A stretch of 64,000 nt of DNA from Thermococcus sp. JdFR-02 (GTDB lineage Archaea; Methanobacteriota_B; Thermococci; Thermococcales; Thermococcaceae): contig MTLP01000028.1 in the NCBI GenBank assembly GCA_002009975.1, positions 1-64,000 of the forward strand, read 5' to 3'. This document shows positions 47,401 to 57,925 of the stretch, in pieces. Both the position numbers and the translations under genes were made by a program. A model generated the notes under the pieces. The model ran no database searches. It saw nothing but the letters and a program-made list of their open reading frames with translations, and was not told the DNA's origin. The first letter of the stretch is position 1; each line of letters begins with the position of its first letter.

Positions 47401-50368
47401 TAACAGCATAGGAGATGGATTCTGGGCAAGCACTTTGTGGTCTGGAACAAGTCTAGCAACTCCAATGGCTGCTGGTATCACGGCTTTGGTTTACCAGGCA
47501 TACTATCTAGCACATGGAACTTACCCAACAAGCCAAGAAGTTAGGGAAATCTTAATGAGTACAGCAGATAATGTAAATCACGATGTCTTTAGCCAAGGTG
47601 CAGGATTCCTAAATGCTTATAGAGCCGTTATGGCGGCATTAAACCAAGAGGGAATAGTTGTATCTCCATCACTATGGCAAGCTGGAGACTATAACGGACA
47701 AGAGTATAGGGCATTTGCAAAGATCATGTATCCTGGAGAAAGTGACTCACAAGAGTTCGTAGTTAAAAACATGAATCAAGCTGCAGATAAAAATGTAAGC
47801 GTTTCAGCAGAGATTTTCGAAAAGATAGGAGAGACCACATTTGAGGTTTCTGTGGGAGGTTTGTATAGAATAGACCAATATATCCCAGATGATGCAGAAT
47901 TAATGAAAGTCACAATGTACATTCCATACGAGCAATTCGATGAGGATTGGGACTATTCATATGACACATACTTATATTTCGAGCTCTTTGCATGGACAGA
48001 TACAAATGGTAATGGCACAGTCGAGTTCTGGTATGAGACAAATAGGATACAACATGCAGCAAAAGCTGGAACTACAGCATCAACAATGCTTGGAAATCCA
48101 TGGGATAAATTCACAGATGGATTGCTCTTGAGAATTAGGGCTGGAGGCTATAACAATATAGTGAAGCTTGAGTTCTACAAGAGGGTTCCATGGGAGTGGG
48201 TTACAATTGATAATTCAAGCTTAATAGTTGCAGCTAATGGAAGTGCTACCTTCACAGCAACATTAACGGTTCCAGAAGATACACCATTTGGAGTATATGA
48301 AGGTGCTATTTACTTGAAATATGATGGAACCGAAACTACAATCCCAATAAGCGTTGTTGTTGCTTCACCAACGCCAGAATTTGAATTTGGTGGCGATATA
48401 AACGCAACAGGACTTTATGATAATTCAAATGTCTACGGCTATATGGACTGGTGGTGGAGATACGAAAGTGGAGACTGGAGATTGTTCTACTTTGACATAG
48501 GGGATGAGTACAGTATTGGTGACAACACTTACGTAGTAGCAGATGTCTCATGGGATGGATCCCTCCCAACTGATATTGACTTACATCTCCTAGGACCTGA
48601 AGAAGATGACTGGAGCTATTACTTCCCCGAGATTTATGGTCCATACGCACTTAATGTAATTGCATCAAGTAAGGACACCTACATGGGGTCTGGAATATTC
48701 CAATTTGCAACTTCAAGCGGTGGAACAAGAGAGATAATAGCAGGGAAGGCACAAAATGGTTTGCACGCTTTATGGCTACACAATGTCCTCTTTGATGGAA
48801 ATGCAAGCTTTAGAACATTCTATGGAAGAGTAGGTCTGCTTAATGTATATCCAAATGAGTGGAATGAATATATAACCCAAGAAAATGGAACAATGCAGTT
48901 CCTAGTTTCAAGAACAATAGACTTTGGAAATATCACAGCAAGTGCTAAGTCAGCAATTACTGAAGGATACAAGGATGTTTTGGCTCCTGATACGGGAGAT
49001 AGCCATTATTATGCATTTAATGTCACCACAGGATCTGTGAGATTGCATGTTAAACTAACCAGCATTTACGACGATTTAGCTGGAGTAGACTTAGATTTGT
49101 ATGTGTACTACAATGGACAATTGATTGGTTCTTCATTGTCTCCAACTTCAGACGAGGAAGTTGTTGTGGATGACCCAGAGCCAGGAGAGTACATTATTGA
49201 GGTTTATTCATGGAATAATCCAGTTCCAGGAGAAGCTACATATGACCTAGAAATATACGATTTTGGTGGAGAGAAGTTAGAAGTGTTGGACATTACGGAA
49301 ATTGGGACTGAAGAGTACCAAATTGACCTAGCGTATCATGATATACCTGTAAATGAGAGTACATTAGGAACTGAAGTGAAAGGCTTAGTATTCATAGGCT
49401 CAGACCTAGCGCCAAAGTTAGTTACGGTTCCAGTAACTCTTATTGTTGGCAACATCAGCTCAAGAGCAGATACGAGAATAGTTAATGTGATCTTAGAAAG
49501 TGAGGAAGATGTAATCAAAGTTGGAAGTACCGTTAGTATAAAAGCTACTATAGTCAATGAAGGTCCAGCAATTGCTTCAAATGCTGAAGTTGTGCTCTTT
49601 AAGGACAATGTTCCAATAGATAGGGTAGTGTTAGGAGACTTTAACATCAGTGAAGTTTATGAAGTGGTATTCAACGTTACTATAACGGACGACATAGCTC
49701 ATGAATACAAAGTAGTTGTTAGCTCTGACAATGACTACAATATGGGCAACAACTACAACATAATGAACATTAAGGGTATGGAAGTTGAAGAATTCTTGTT
49801 CTCTGAAACAGGAAATGTCACAATAAACGCAGTCTTTGATGGAATTGCGGAGGTTACTACGGTAGAGAAGAAGGAGAGAAAGATTGAGGTTACTGTGGAT
49901 GGAACTCACGGTGCTATAGTTACATTAATGTTTAACCTACCACGTGACTTACACTACTACGATGTCATAATCTATGATGCAGATTTGATAAGTAGTAGAA
50001 TAATAAGGGTAGCAACTTCGACAATTCTTGAAGTTAAAGTGCAACTACATTCACCAGCACAAATTACCGTTGAATACATGACAGCTTCAGAAGCATTATA
50101 CCAAATAGGAACCCTCTGGTATGTAGTCTACAACAAGAAACTTGATACGTTTGAAGAACTCTACAATAAAGCTGTTGAACTTGGAATTGATAATGAAACG
50201 ATTCAAGAGGCTCTACATCACAAAGAAATCGCTGAGCAATATTATGAAGAAGCGGGCAAATTCGGTCCTATAATAAGGAATCTAACAAATCCAAAAGTGC
50301 TTCCATATTTGAGAAAAGCGTATATTCACATGAAGAGAGCAGTAGAAATTTTGACAGAAGCTTTGTAA
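44411..50368 (+). CDS. Large secreted S8 subtilisin-like protease (pyrolysin-like) with PPC and CARDB domains
   Basis: Signal peptide; triad VAIIDSGVD / HGTLCA / SGTSLATP; AAGNGG; PPC repeats; many N-X-S/T sequons; helical C-terminal tail. Confidence 0.92.
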   Translation: MSRKTLSVLIISLMLFSVVPVALVSAGVTDSEPQVSHKVTKLAIISKEPETAKDPMEKIEPKLLDILKGKVEVYVPEVNGKKLLPIHIVTTSDISSKLRGVEVVGKSEIAGMTVYLALVPIKEESERIILKIASIPEVEAVTRTNPFEPIGDVKPIEEKENREFVKIPKSKFSKLIELKGEWFPEEVNGYRVVKLTDLLPEKLKELQDQSLARRGEITLEKREVEVKNPIQPQDYFAIYHHGALNTWVDLGITGAGINVAIIDSGVDFGNPDLQDAYAVEMNPESPYYGWPIAFSGHSMIWYLLMNMTFPDYIYSWYANTSRYVLSPIIMEGNFSIGYKGNFTTVFTSMDLANVIDDYERADIINATLDWIGNVSTILLVDDDGEDLLEEFYVNALDILGVNYTYYEVPYGKIGPNSTVMSNYDLVMWFTGATYKDTLTVEDIGNLTEYLDNGGKLWFISQDYLYDKDDGPIYTNRHVIYKQENATAPPEGNSTEHYFNVTASAPILRVVTTSDYSNLDIDIELYYYNETSGEWEFIDDSDGLDSMEEIIIENPLIGQYMVDVYSFENPEYDNATYTIKVETANISGYFTYEYLHVGNVSIEDMPVPTVLEDFNGAKYRAGEVYYGIYESPTDIWADYIVPDENATVLLRGYTAYATNGSTIYLVKLPLNNNLEVPTQSEEVHLGLHPDLALWFYWYGGWVLVTDPNNATVYDTVYVDLTPVWGVPDFNEDVGHTKNNPVVQLDFWDAFNDEFGQDGYADLSGGLIYFIADGQTPIPYADIVASRWGLNLPIPENGELVAFMIGTDWIGGGDHGTLCAAAVGARGRTFMGLTFGTAIEAKIIAEGSLYSGGSWFDYVYFAVQGYDGVPGTGDEAFVVSNSYGNSYVINKGYYYADRFIDFVTTLYTPWVTFLFAAGNGGPGYGTVTSEGASPGVITVGAAVEYGYRNLFGYDGGPLGYEFANYGDVVEFSNKGPNALGQVDPDILAVGAFALGSLPVNSIGDGFWASTLWSGTSLATPMAAGITALVYQAYYLAHGTYPTSQEVREILMSTADNVNHDVFSQGAGFLNAYRAVMAALNQEGIVVSPSLWQAGDYNGQEYRAFAKIMYPGESDSQEFVVKNMNQAADKNVSVSAEIFEKIGETTFEVSVGGLYRIDQYIPDDAELMKVTMYIPYEQFDEDWDYSYDTYLYFELFAWTDTNGNGTVEFWYETNRIQHAAKAGTTASTMLGNPWDKFTDGLLLRIRAGGYNNIVKLEFYKRVPWEWVTIDNSSLIVAANGSATFTATLTVPEDTPFGVYEGAIYLKYDGTETTIPISVVVASPTPEFEFGGDINATGLYDNSNVYGYMDWWWRYESGDWRLFYFDIGDEYSIGDNTYVVADVSWDGSLPTDIDLHLLGPEEDDWSYYFPEIYGPYALNVIASSKDTYMGSGIFQFATSSGGTREIIAGKAQNGLHALWLHNVLFDGNASFRTFYGRVGLLNVYPNEWNEYITQENGTMQFLVSRTIDFGNITASAKSAITEGYKDVLAPDTGDSHYYAFNVTTGSVRLHVKLTSIYDDLAGVDLDLYVYYNGQLIGSSLSPTSDEEVVVDDPEPGEYIIEVYSWNNPVPGEATYDLEIYDFGGEKLEVLDITEIGTEEYQIDLAYHDIPVNESTLGTEVKGLVFIGSDLAPKLVTVPVTLIVGNISSRADTRIVNVILESEEDVIKVGSTVSIKATIVNEGPAIASNAEVVLFKDNVPIDRVVLGDFNISEVYEVVFNVTITDDIAHEYKVVVSSDNDYNMGNNYNIMNIKGMEVEEFLFSETGNVTINAVFDGIAEVTTVEKKERKIEVTVDGTHGAIVTLMFNLPRDLHYYDVIIYDADLISSRIIRVATSTILEVKVQLHSPAQITVEYMTASEALYQIGTLWYVVYNKKLDTFEELYNKAVELGIDNETIQEALHHKEIAEQYYEEAGKFGPIIRNLTNPKVLPYLRKAYIHMKRAVEILTEAL

Positions 50369-50474
50369 TCTTGAATTTCTCTTTTCTTTTTTAGTTTTTT
50401 AATTTTTAATTCCGAAAGTTTTATAATGCTATTTTAATTAACTTAAGTTGGCAAAACTATTTGGGGGTATAGTA

Positions 50475-51374
50475 ATGCTAGGGACCCTTGCAATTGTGGT
50501 ACTTGGAGTGTTTTTGCTTTTGATGCTTGTTTTAAGCGTGAAAGTGATACGACCATACCAAAAGGGCTTAGTTGAAAGGCTTGGAAAATTCAACAGAATT
50601 TTAGATCCTGGAATACACTTTATTGTGCCTTTTATGGAAAGTGTGAAAGTAGTTGACATGAGGGAGCACGTGATAGATGTCCCACCTCAAGAGGTCATTT
50701 GTAAGGATAATGTGGTTGTTACAGTAGATGCGGTTGTTTATTACCAAGTGCTTGATCCAGTAAAAGCTACTTACAACGTGAGCAACTTCTTAATGGCAAT
50801 AATCAAACTTGCACAGACCAACTTGAGAGCAATAATTGGTGAAATGGAGCTTGATGAGACCTTAAGCGGTAGAGATGTAATTAACGCTCGCTTAAGAGAG
50901 GAACTTGACAAAATAACCGACAGATGGGGAGTAAAAATTACGAGGGTTGAAATCCAGAGGATTGACCCACCAAGGGATATTCAAGAGGCAATGGCAAAGC
51001 AAATGACAGCTGAGAGAGAAAAGAGAGCAATGATTCTCCTAGCAGAGGGTGAGAGGGAGAGTGCAATTAAGAAAGCTGAAGGTGAAAAGCAAGCAAGGAT
51101 TTTAAGGGCTGAAGGTATGAAACAAGAGCAAATTCTCGTTGCAGAGGGTCAAGCTGAAGCAATTAGAAAGGTTTTAGAAGCATTAAAGTTGGCGGATGAG
51201 AAGTATTTGGCTTTACAATACATAGAAAGACTACCAGAGCTAGCAAAATACGGAAACTTAATTGTGCCTTATGACACTGAGTCTTTAATTGGTCTCCTTA
51301 GAGTTCTTCAAAAAATTGGAAAAACAAAAATGCCTATAAGCACTGAAAACGTAGAAAAAACAGGTGAGCAGTGA
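50475..51374 (+). CDS. SPFH/stomatin (QmcA-like) protein
   Basis: VERLGK, PPQEVI.KDNV.V.VD, AQTNLR..IG.MELD, QM.AEREKRA. Confidence 0.93.
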   Translation: MLGTLAIVVLGVFLLLMLVLSVKVIRPYQKGLVERLGKFNRILDPGIHFIVPFMESVKVVDMREHVIDVPPQEVICKDNVVVTVDAVVYYQVLDPVKATYNVSNFLMAIIKLAQTNLRAIIGEMELDETLSGRDVINARLREELDKITDRWGVKITRVEIQRIDPPRDIQEAMAKQMTAEREKRAMILLAEGERESAIKKAEGEKQARILRAEGMKQEQILVAEGQAEAIRKVLEALKLADEKYLALQYIERLPELAKYGNLIVPYDTESLIGLLRVLQKIGKTKMPISTENVEKTGEQ

Positions 51375-51787
51375 TGGAATATCTTCCTCTTTTACTTTTA
51401 ATTTTGGGCTTGCTTATAGTAGTGCTTGATATGATGATTACAGCATTTATAACGCCAATTGGAATTGCATTTGCAACCTTAGGGCTTTTGTTAATGTTTA
51501 ACGTTAATTTTAACGTTGCTTTTGTGATATCATTAATAGCCGCAGTTGTGAGCTATCACCTCTTTGCAAAGTTTATAAAAAAGGGCACTGAGGATATTGG
51601 AAAACCAAGATACACTTTTGAGCTGAAGGGCAAGAAAGGAAAAGTGAGTCATGTTAAAGGAGATGAAGTATGGGTAGAGCTTGAAGGAGAAGAATGGCTA
51701 GCTAAACCTCTTGAGGATGTGAATGAAGGGGATGAAGTAGTGGTTGTTGATGTTGATGGAATAAAATTAATTGTTCGTAAAGCTTGA
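51374..51787 (+). CDS. NfeD family protein
   Basis: 3 TM plus OB-fold V.LEGEEW.A...G..V.VV.VDG.KL.V; follows SPFH. Confidence 0.9.
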   Translation: MEYLPLLLLILGLLIVVLDMMITAFITPIGIAFATLGLLLMFNVNFNVAFVISLIAAVVSYHLFAKFIKKGTEDIGKPRYTFELKGKKGKVSHVKGDEVWVELEGEEWLAKPLEDVNEGDEVVVVDVDGIKLIVRKA

Positions 51788-51834
51788 ATAAGTTTTTAAA
51801 TCTCCATCCTCTTTTCTCTATTAAGGTGGATTAA

Positions 51835-52137
51835 ATGAAGATTTATGTGAAAGTTTATCGCGTTCAGGGAGAGGTACTGTTAGCTGCTTGTGATGAGGAG
51901 TTAATTGGAAAAACCCTTAGAGAGGGGGAGCTTAAGTTAGAGGTCAAAGAACGCTTTTATAAAGGAAAATTGGTTGAAGTTAATGCCTTGGAGGAGCTTT
52001 TAGACGAAGCTACTATAGCAAACTTAGTTGGAGAGAGATGCGTGGGCAAAGCTATTGAGCTCGGTTATGTTGATAAAGATAGGGTACTTTACATCCAAGG
52101 AATTCCTCATGCACAGATGGCTAAACTTTTATGGTAA
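51835..52137 (+). CDS. DUF424 family protein
   Basis: LAACDEELIG, V..RFYKG, ATIANLVG..CV..A. Confidence 0.88.
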   Translation: MKIYVKVYRVQGEVLLAACDEELIGKTLREGELKLEVKERFYKGKLVEVNALEELLDEATIANLVGERCVGKAIELGYVDKDRVLYIQGIPHAQMAKLLW

Positions 52138-52154
52138 ACTGAGAGGTGATATCG

Positions 52155-53312
52155 GTGAGATTCTGTTATAGGTGTGGAATTAGTGAGAGTGAGGGAGGTC
52201 CTTTAATTGATGGATTATGCCAAGTTTGCTTTAGAAAGGAAAACCCAGTCCTTTTAATGGAAAGTGAGATAAATACAGAGCTTTGTCAAAACTGTGGAAG
52301 TTATAAGAAGAGAGGAGTTTGGGTTGACCCAAAAACTTATGAGCTCGACGAATTAATATTTGAAGTTGCTGATAATGCTTTAATTGAGAGCTTAACTTTC
52401 GATGAGAGGATCAGAGAGTTCCACATTGTTTCAAAAGAAGAGCTTGAAGAAATTGGTGATTTACCTATTGGAATTGCATATGTTAGCTATGAGCCAATTA
52501 ACTGGCATATTGAGTATTTCCCAGCAATTGTAACTTATAACGTGGAAGTCAAAGCCAGAATTCATGAGCTACAGAGAGAGCTTCACCATGAAAAGAAAGA
52601 GATTATTGTCTATGTAAGGCAAACCGTTTGTCCAAGATGTCAAAAGTTCCTTGGTGGTTACTTTGAGGCTATTTTACAAGTTAGAGCTCAAGAAAGGGAA
52701 CTGACGAAGGAAGAGAGGGAGGAGATTGCAAAGCTTGTTCAAGAAAAAGTCGATGAGATAATGAGAAAGGATAGAATGGGTTTTATTCAAGAAACAGTTG
52801 AACTTGAAGAAGGGATTGACTTTTACATGGGTTCGAAAGGCTCTGCAAGGAAATTAGCTCAAGCTATTAGAGATAAGTACGGTGGAGAAATAAGCGAAGC
52901 CTATGAGCTGGTTGGCGTGGATAGACAGACGAGTAAAGAGGTTTATAGAACAAGTGTAAGTGTTAGACTTCCAAAGTTCAGAAAAGGTGATATTGTGGGG
53001 GATAAAAGGGGTAATGTTTACAGGGTTGAGGAAGTAAACGGAAAGGGGATGGGCTTAAGGAACCTCTCTACTCATAAGAGCGAGCATAAAGATTGGAAAG
53101 CGATAAAGAGGGAAGAGGTTGATCTAGTAGAACATGAGAAAAAAGAAGCCATGCTCACGAGTTTAACACCTAAAGAGGCTCAGTTTATGGACATGGAAAG
53201 TTATGAAACTTTTGAGATTGAGAAGCCGAGTATAGAACTTAAAGAGGGCGAAGTTTACAAGCTCGTGAAAATCAGAGGAAGATACTATATCGAAGGCAAA
53301 AAGAAAAACTGA
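52155..53312 (+). CDS. nmd3: NMD3 family ribosome biogenesis protein
   Basis: FCYRCG, LCQVC, LCQNCG, CPRC...[20 protein letters not shown]. Confidence 0.92.
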   Translation: MRFCYRCGISESEGGPLIDGLCQVCFRKENPVLLMESEINTELCQNCGSYKKRGVWVDPKTYELDELIFEVADNALIESLTFDERIREFHIVSKEELEEIGDLPIGIAYVSYEPINWHIEYFPAIVTYNVEVKARIHELQRELHHEKKEIIVYVRQTVCPRCQKFLGGYFEAILQVRAQERELTKEEREEIAKLVQEKVDEIMRKDRMGFIQETVELEEGIDFYMGSKGSARKLAQAIRDKYGGEISEAYELVGVDRQTSKEVYRTSVSVRLPKFRKGDIVGDKRGNVYRVEEVNGKGMGLRNLSTHKSEHKDWKAIKREEVDLVEHEKKEAMLTSLTPKEAQFMDMESYETFEIEKPSIELKEGEVYKLVKIRGRYYIEGKKKN

Positions 53313-53379
53313 TTTTTCCACACTTTTGACCCATAATGTTTTTAAATGTCTTTTCTTTTTGAATTTTAGGTGGACCAAA

Positions 53380-54705
53380 ATGACCAGGAGAGTTGTTATT
53401 ATCGGTGGTGGAGCTGCGGGAATGAGCACAGCTTCGAGAGTGAAGAAGTTGAAGCCTAGTTGGGATGTTAAAGTTTTTGAAGCAACGGGATGGATTAGTC
53501 ATGCCCCCTGTGGAGTTCCTTATGTCATTGAAGGAATTTCACCAAAGGAAAGGTTAATGCACTATCCCCCAGAGTTCTTTATCAAAAAGAGAGGTATTGA
53601 CCTGCATTTAAATTCTAAGGTTGTTGAAGTCGAACAGGGTTATGTTAGAGTACAAGAGGGAGATAGGGAGAAAAAATACGACTGGGATTATCTAGTTTTT
53701 GCTAATGGCGCTTCTCCAAAGGTACTGCCAATTGAGGGTATTGATTTAAAGGGTGTTTTTACAGCTGATCTCCCTCTAGATGCAGTTGCAATCCAAGAAT
53801 ACATGCAAAAATATGATGTTAGAGACGTCGTTGTAATTGGGACTGGTTACATAGCTTTGGAAATGGCTGAAGCATTTGTTGCTCAAGGTAAAAATGTCAC
53901 ACTAATTGGGAGAAGTGGAAGAGTTTTAAGGAAAACCTATGACAAGGAGATTACTGATGTAGTTGAGCAAAAACTTAAGGAACACTTAAATCTTAGATTA
54001 AAAGAGCTAACAGTTGAAATTAAAGGAAAAGAGAGGGTTGAAAAAGTAATAACTGATGCAAGCGAATACAAAGCGGATTTGGTTATTATAGCAACTGGAA
54101 TAAAACCAAATATTGAATTAGCTAAGCAGTTAGGTGTTAGGATCGGTGAAACTGGGGCAATTTGGACAAATGAAAGGATGGAAACAAGTGTTGAAAATGT
54201 TTATGCAGCTGGTGACGTTGCAGAAACAAGACATCTAATAACTAAAAGAAGAGTTTGGATTCCTTTAGCCCCAGTAGGTAATAAAATGGGTTATGTCGCT
54301 GGCTCCAATATAGCGGGGAATAGTATAACTTTTCCGGGCATTTTAGGAACTCAAATAACAAAGTTCATGGATTTAGAAATTGGAAAAACAGGTTTAAGTG
54401 AGACAGAGGCAATAAAAGAAGGGTATGATGTTAAAACAGCATTTATTGAAGCGAAAACAAAGCCTCATTACTATCCAGGAGCAAAGGAGATTTGGCTCAA
54501 AGCAATAGCAGAGAAAGAAACAAACAAACTCTTAGGCTTACAAGCAGTTGGAAGCGAAGTTTTACCAAGAATCGATGCCTTTGCAATAGCTTTGCAAGCA
54601 GGTTTTACAACTAAGGACTTATTCTTTAGCGACTTAGCATACGCACCGCCATTTGCCCCGGTTTGGGATCCATTGATTGTTTTAGCGAGGGTCTTGAAGT
54701 TTTAA
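53380..54705 (+). CDS. cdr: CoA-disulfide reductase / NAD(P)H:sulfur oxidoreductase
   Basis: [37 protein letters not shown]. Confidence 0.9.
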   Translation: MTRRVVIIGGGAAGMSTASRVKKLKPSWDVKVFEATGWISHAPCGVPYVIEGISPKERLMHYPPEFFIKKRGIDLHLNSKVVEVEQGYVRVQEGDREKKYDWDYLVFANGASPKVLPIEGIDLKGVFTADLPLDAVAIQEYMQKYDVRDVVVIGTGYIALEMAEAFVAQGKNVTLIGRSGRVLRKTYDKEITDVVEQKLKEHLNLRLKELTVEIKGKERVEKVITDASEYKADLVIIATGIKPNIELAKQLGVRIGETGAIWTNERMETSVENVYAAGDVAETRHLITKRRVWIPLAPVGNKMGYVAGSNIAGNSITFPGILGTQITKFMDLEIGKTGLSETEAIKEGYDVKTAFIEAKTKPHYYPGAKEIWLKAIAEKETNKLLGLQAVGSEVLPRIDAFAIALQAGFTTKDLFFSDLAYAPPFAPVWDPLIVLARVLKF

Positions 54706-55448
54706 ACCCTTATTAAATATTTTTTGCTCTCTTCTCCAAATCCTCTGAAAGAACCGAGCTTTAGCTTTAACAATGCTTTATCAATATTTATTACCTTCAT
54801 GGAGGCTATATGGGTAATCCCAGTTTCTTTAAAGAACTCTGGAAGTGCTTGAGCACTTGGACCGACTAAAATTCTAAGCTTAGCTTTTTTGGAACGTTCT
54901 AGAATCAGGTCTAAGGTGTCATTAATCAATGCTGAGCCGCTAATTAATAATGCATCCATCTTTGGCAGCAAACGATATTCTAAAGCATCGCTAAAGGTTT
55001 CTTTATCCATTATCTTTGGATTTCTCTCGAAAACATAGACTTCGTAACCTCTTTCCTTCATACTTTTAACCAGTGGGGGCATGTTTCCAATTAATGCTAC
55101 TCTTCTAATTCCTTCAGTTTTAAAGACAATCTCACTCCCATCTTCTTCATTTGCACAGCTTAAATCAATGTAGTACTGGGAGACAGCATTTATTGCTGCT
55201 ATTCCAAGTGTTCTCTCTATTATGTTCAGGCTGTTGGATTTTTCTATAAAACTCTCAACGCTAATCTCTTCAAAGCTCGATTTGTAAACCTGTATTTCCT
55301 CTGGTAAAGTCATTGCAACTCCAAGGGCTTTTCCTTTTTTGCCTCCTATTAGAACATATGTGTAAGGCAAAGCAAAAGAGAAATCTAAGATTCTAAGATC
55401 TTCATTAATTATTGAGAGGGCTTTTTCCTTTAGCTCATCAATTATCAT
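54702..55448 (-). CDS. DUF364 (Rossmann-like) protein
   Basis: [41 protein letters not shown]. Confidence 0.82.
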   Translation of the reverse strand: MIIDELKEKALSIINEDLRILDFSFALPYTYVLIGGKKGKALGVAMTLPEEIQVYKSSFEEISVESFIEKSNSLNIIERTLGIAAINAVSQYYIDLSCANEEDGSEIVFKTEGIRRVALIGNMPPLVKSMKERGYEVYVFERNPKIMDKETFSDALEYRLLPKMDALLISGSALINDTLDLILERSKKAKLRILVGPSAQALPEFFKETGITHIASMKVINIDKALLKLKLGSFRGFGEESKKYLIRV

Positions 55449-55466
55449 TAAGCTCACCACTGAATT

Positions 55467-56741
55467 TTAGCATCTTGACCCTTTTAACCCTTTTATTGGT
55501 ATAAGGCTGAGGAAAACAAAAAGAGATGCTAATGCAAAGTTTGTTTGAAAGCCGAAGTGCTGAACTATAAATCCACTTGCAAAGCTTCCTATAATGAATC
55601 CGCTTGAATTAACCAAGTTGAAAACTCCCATGACAGTTCCTTTTTCATTTTCTCTAGCTAATTTCCCAATTATTGAAGTTGTGGATATGCCAATGAAGGA
55701 CCATGAGTAGCCAGCCAGGAAATATGAGAGTATGGCAATTATAAATGAGGCTACACTGTTGAGAAACACTCCTACAACTAGAAGGCTAATTCCAAAAAAT
55801 CTCAAAATTAGACCTTCTCTGAGAACTTTGAATCCTTCTTTTTCCTTGAGCATAATTCCAACCCTTGTGTACATATATGCCGAAATTGATGAGTTTATTA
55901 TTGCAGCTAAATAAACGTGGGTTTTTTCAAATCCCCTGAAGATAAGAAATACTGGGTATTGAGAGAAATATAGACCTGTGGCAATCCAAAAAAGCATAGA
56001 TGAGGTATAAAATCTTTTAAATCTTGAAAGGCTTTTTAGGGCGTTGGGTATATGGAGCATGAAGTTTGGCATGTAGCGCATCTTTTCTGTAACATAGTTA
56101 ACGAAGACTCCAATACTTTGTCTGTTGACATAAATTGGGGCTTCTCTAATCCATGAAAGACTTAGGATTATGGAGGGAATATTTAACAATGCAAATAAAA
56201 TGAAAAGCTGTTTGATAGTCAAGATTCTTGAAAGGGCAAGCCCTAAGGATAATCCCAGCACCCATCCCCAGCCCCCAATTTCATTAAATTTCCCAATTCC
56301 ATAGTCCCAGTTGAGCTTTCTTAAGCTCCTTAGGATGAGAACTATTGAAACGGAAAGGGTTGTTGCTAAAAAGAAGGTATAGATAGAATTGAGGGCTATA
56401 ACGCCTTCTACACTGTTTATGAATGGGAGTAACAATAGAAATAGGGTAACGCTCATGAATCCTGTTATTATGAAAACTTTTCTCTTCAAAGTTCTATCTG
56501 AAACTCTTCCCCAAAAGAGAGCACCAAGCATTGATGATAAGCTCCCTAGGGAATTCATGATTCCGACATCTTGAGCACTTCCTCCCAGCTGGAGCAGATA
56601 GAGAGGCATTAAAATTGAAGTTCCCCCTGTTGATACTTTAAATGGAATAAAGGAATAAAACCACTTGGGTACCTTTGTGGTGCCGTAATGTAGCCCTGAC
56701 ATCTTTTTAGCCATCATACTTGCGTGTACTCTCTTATTCAT
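55467..56741 (-). CDS. MFS transporter
   Basis: WGRVSDRT.KRK motif A; 12 TM; G.VMG.FN. Confidence 0.9.
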   Translation of the reverse strand: MNKRVHASMMAKKMSGLHYGTTKVPKWFYSFIPFKVSTGGTSILMPLYLLQLGGSAQDVGIMNSLGSLSSMLGALFWGRVSDRTLKRKVFIITGFMSVTLFLLLLPFINSVEGVIALNSIYTFFLATTLSVSIVLILRSLRKLNWDYGIGKFNEIGGWGWVLGLSLGLALSRILTIKQLFILFALLNIPSIILSLSWIREAPIYVNRQSIGVFVNYVTEKMRYMPNFMLHIPNALKSLSRFKRFYTSSMLFWIATGLYFSQYPVFLIFRGFEKTHVYLAAIINSSISAYMYTRVGIMLKEKEGFKVLREGLILRFFGISLLVVGVFLNSVASFIIAILSYFLAGYSWSFIGISTTSIIGKLARENEKGTVMGVFNLVNSSGFIIGSFASGFIVQHFGFQTNFALASLFVFLSLIPIKGLKGSRC

Positions 56742-56982
56742 TTTCCCACCAACTTTCAATTGAGGAATATTCCAATATCGTGCTTTTTATGCGGCTCATT
56801 GTAGCGGAGGGTAGAGTAGAGAAGAGTATTTAAATCTTTCTATTCTAAAATTATGCCTTTTATCTCCAAATTAGCACGAATGCGACTAAATAAATCTTTG
56901 ATGGAGAAATAGATGAAAATCCTTCTTCTAGTCGTTTTAAGAGGCTTATAAAAGGGAGTTCAGTATCTAATTTGGGGGGACA

Positions 56983-57900
56983 TTACTGCACTCTTTTTGA
57001 TAGTATTATGCTCTTTTCTATGATCTTCGGCTTAAATTCCCTTATTTTGTTGTAGTCTTCCACAGACACAAGTGTCCTTAAAGTCTTAAATCCTAAATAT
57101 TTAGCTCTATTTATGGCAAAACTTAGAGCTTCTTTTGGATTTTTGCCCCAAAGATAAAGATAGACAATTTTTGGGTTAGAGAAACTCTCTTTAAGGGTAT
57201 AATAGTATTTATGCTCCATTATCCCAGTCTCATAATAAATCTTATCGTTAATCCCAAAGATTTTGTCTTTTATAACAAACCAGTGGCAATAAGAGCTTTG
57301 AAACTTTCCGAAGATCATCTCTTTAGTTTTTATCTTCTCCCATGGAAATTCCTCCATTTTTATGTTGACTTCTCTTTTGGGCGTCTCTGGGAGGTCTATA
57401 TCTACTGAAAGTCCACTGTAAACCGTCTCATTGAACCCAAGCTTTGAGTAAAATCCTACAGCGTTGGGATCTGGAGTTACGGTTATTAACTCGCACTCTT
57501 TGTCTTTAGCTAACTCGAAGAGATATTCCAGAATTGCTCTCCCAATACCCCTTCTCCTAAATTTTTTATGAACTTCTAAGACATCTAATTGGGCTATTCT
57601 TTTCATTTCTCCTTTTATTGGTTCCTCACTAATTAAAACTTCTGCATGTCCGACTACTTTTCCATTTATCTCAGCCACTATAGGGCACTGATTTTCCAAG
57701 AGTAGTGTGTTTAAGTGAATGGCACAGCTTTCAACGCTCATCCAAGGACCACCATGCAAATATCTGTCTCTAATCGTCAGGTTTTCATAAGCATCTTCTA
57801 TCTTTGAGTCTCCGATATGTCTGTACCACTTTTCAATATCGGAGCAGTGCACTCTAGTAATTCCCTTTGCATCTTCTAACCTTGCCATTCTAATTTTCAT
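56983..57900 (-). CDS. GNAT family N-acetyltransferase
   Basis: LEVHKKFRRRGIGRA, AVGFYSKLGF. Confidence 0.88.
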   Translation of the reverse strand: MKIRMARLEDAKGITRVHCSDIEKWYRHIGDSKIEDAYENLTIRDRYLHGGPWMSVESCAIHLNTLLLENQCPIVAEINGKVVGHAEVLISEEPIKGEMKRIAQLDVLEVHKKFRRRGIGRAILEYLFELAKDKECELITVTPDPNAVGFYSKLGFNETVYSGLSVDIDLPETPKREVNIKMEEFPWEKIKTKEMIFGKFQSSYCHWFVIKDKIFGINDKIYYETGIMEHKYYYTLKESFSNPKIVYLYLWGKNPKEALSFAINRAKYLGFKTLRTLVSVEDYNKIREFKPKIIEKSIILSKRVQ

Positions 57901-57925
57901 AATAATTCACCAAAAAGAAATGAAA

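Noticed and set aside
44411-50368. Protease insert as an intein
   Set aside because: No N-terminal C/S and C-terminal HN splice motifs or LAGLIDADG; the insert looks like extracellular domains
53313-53379. SurR site upstream of cdr
   Set aside because: Only GTTTTTAAA, not GTT-N3-AAC; indistinguishable from the TATA box
56753-56777. Fragments resembling the CRISPR repeat (AATTGAAAG on minus, TTCCAATA on plus)
   Set aside because: The two pieces are in opposite orientations and only 8-9 bp long in AT-rich DNA
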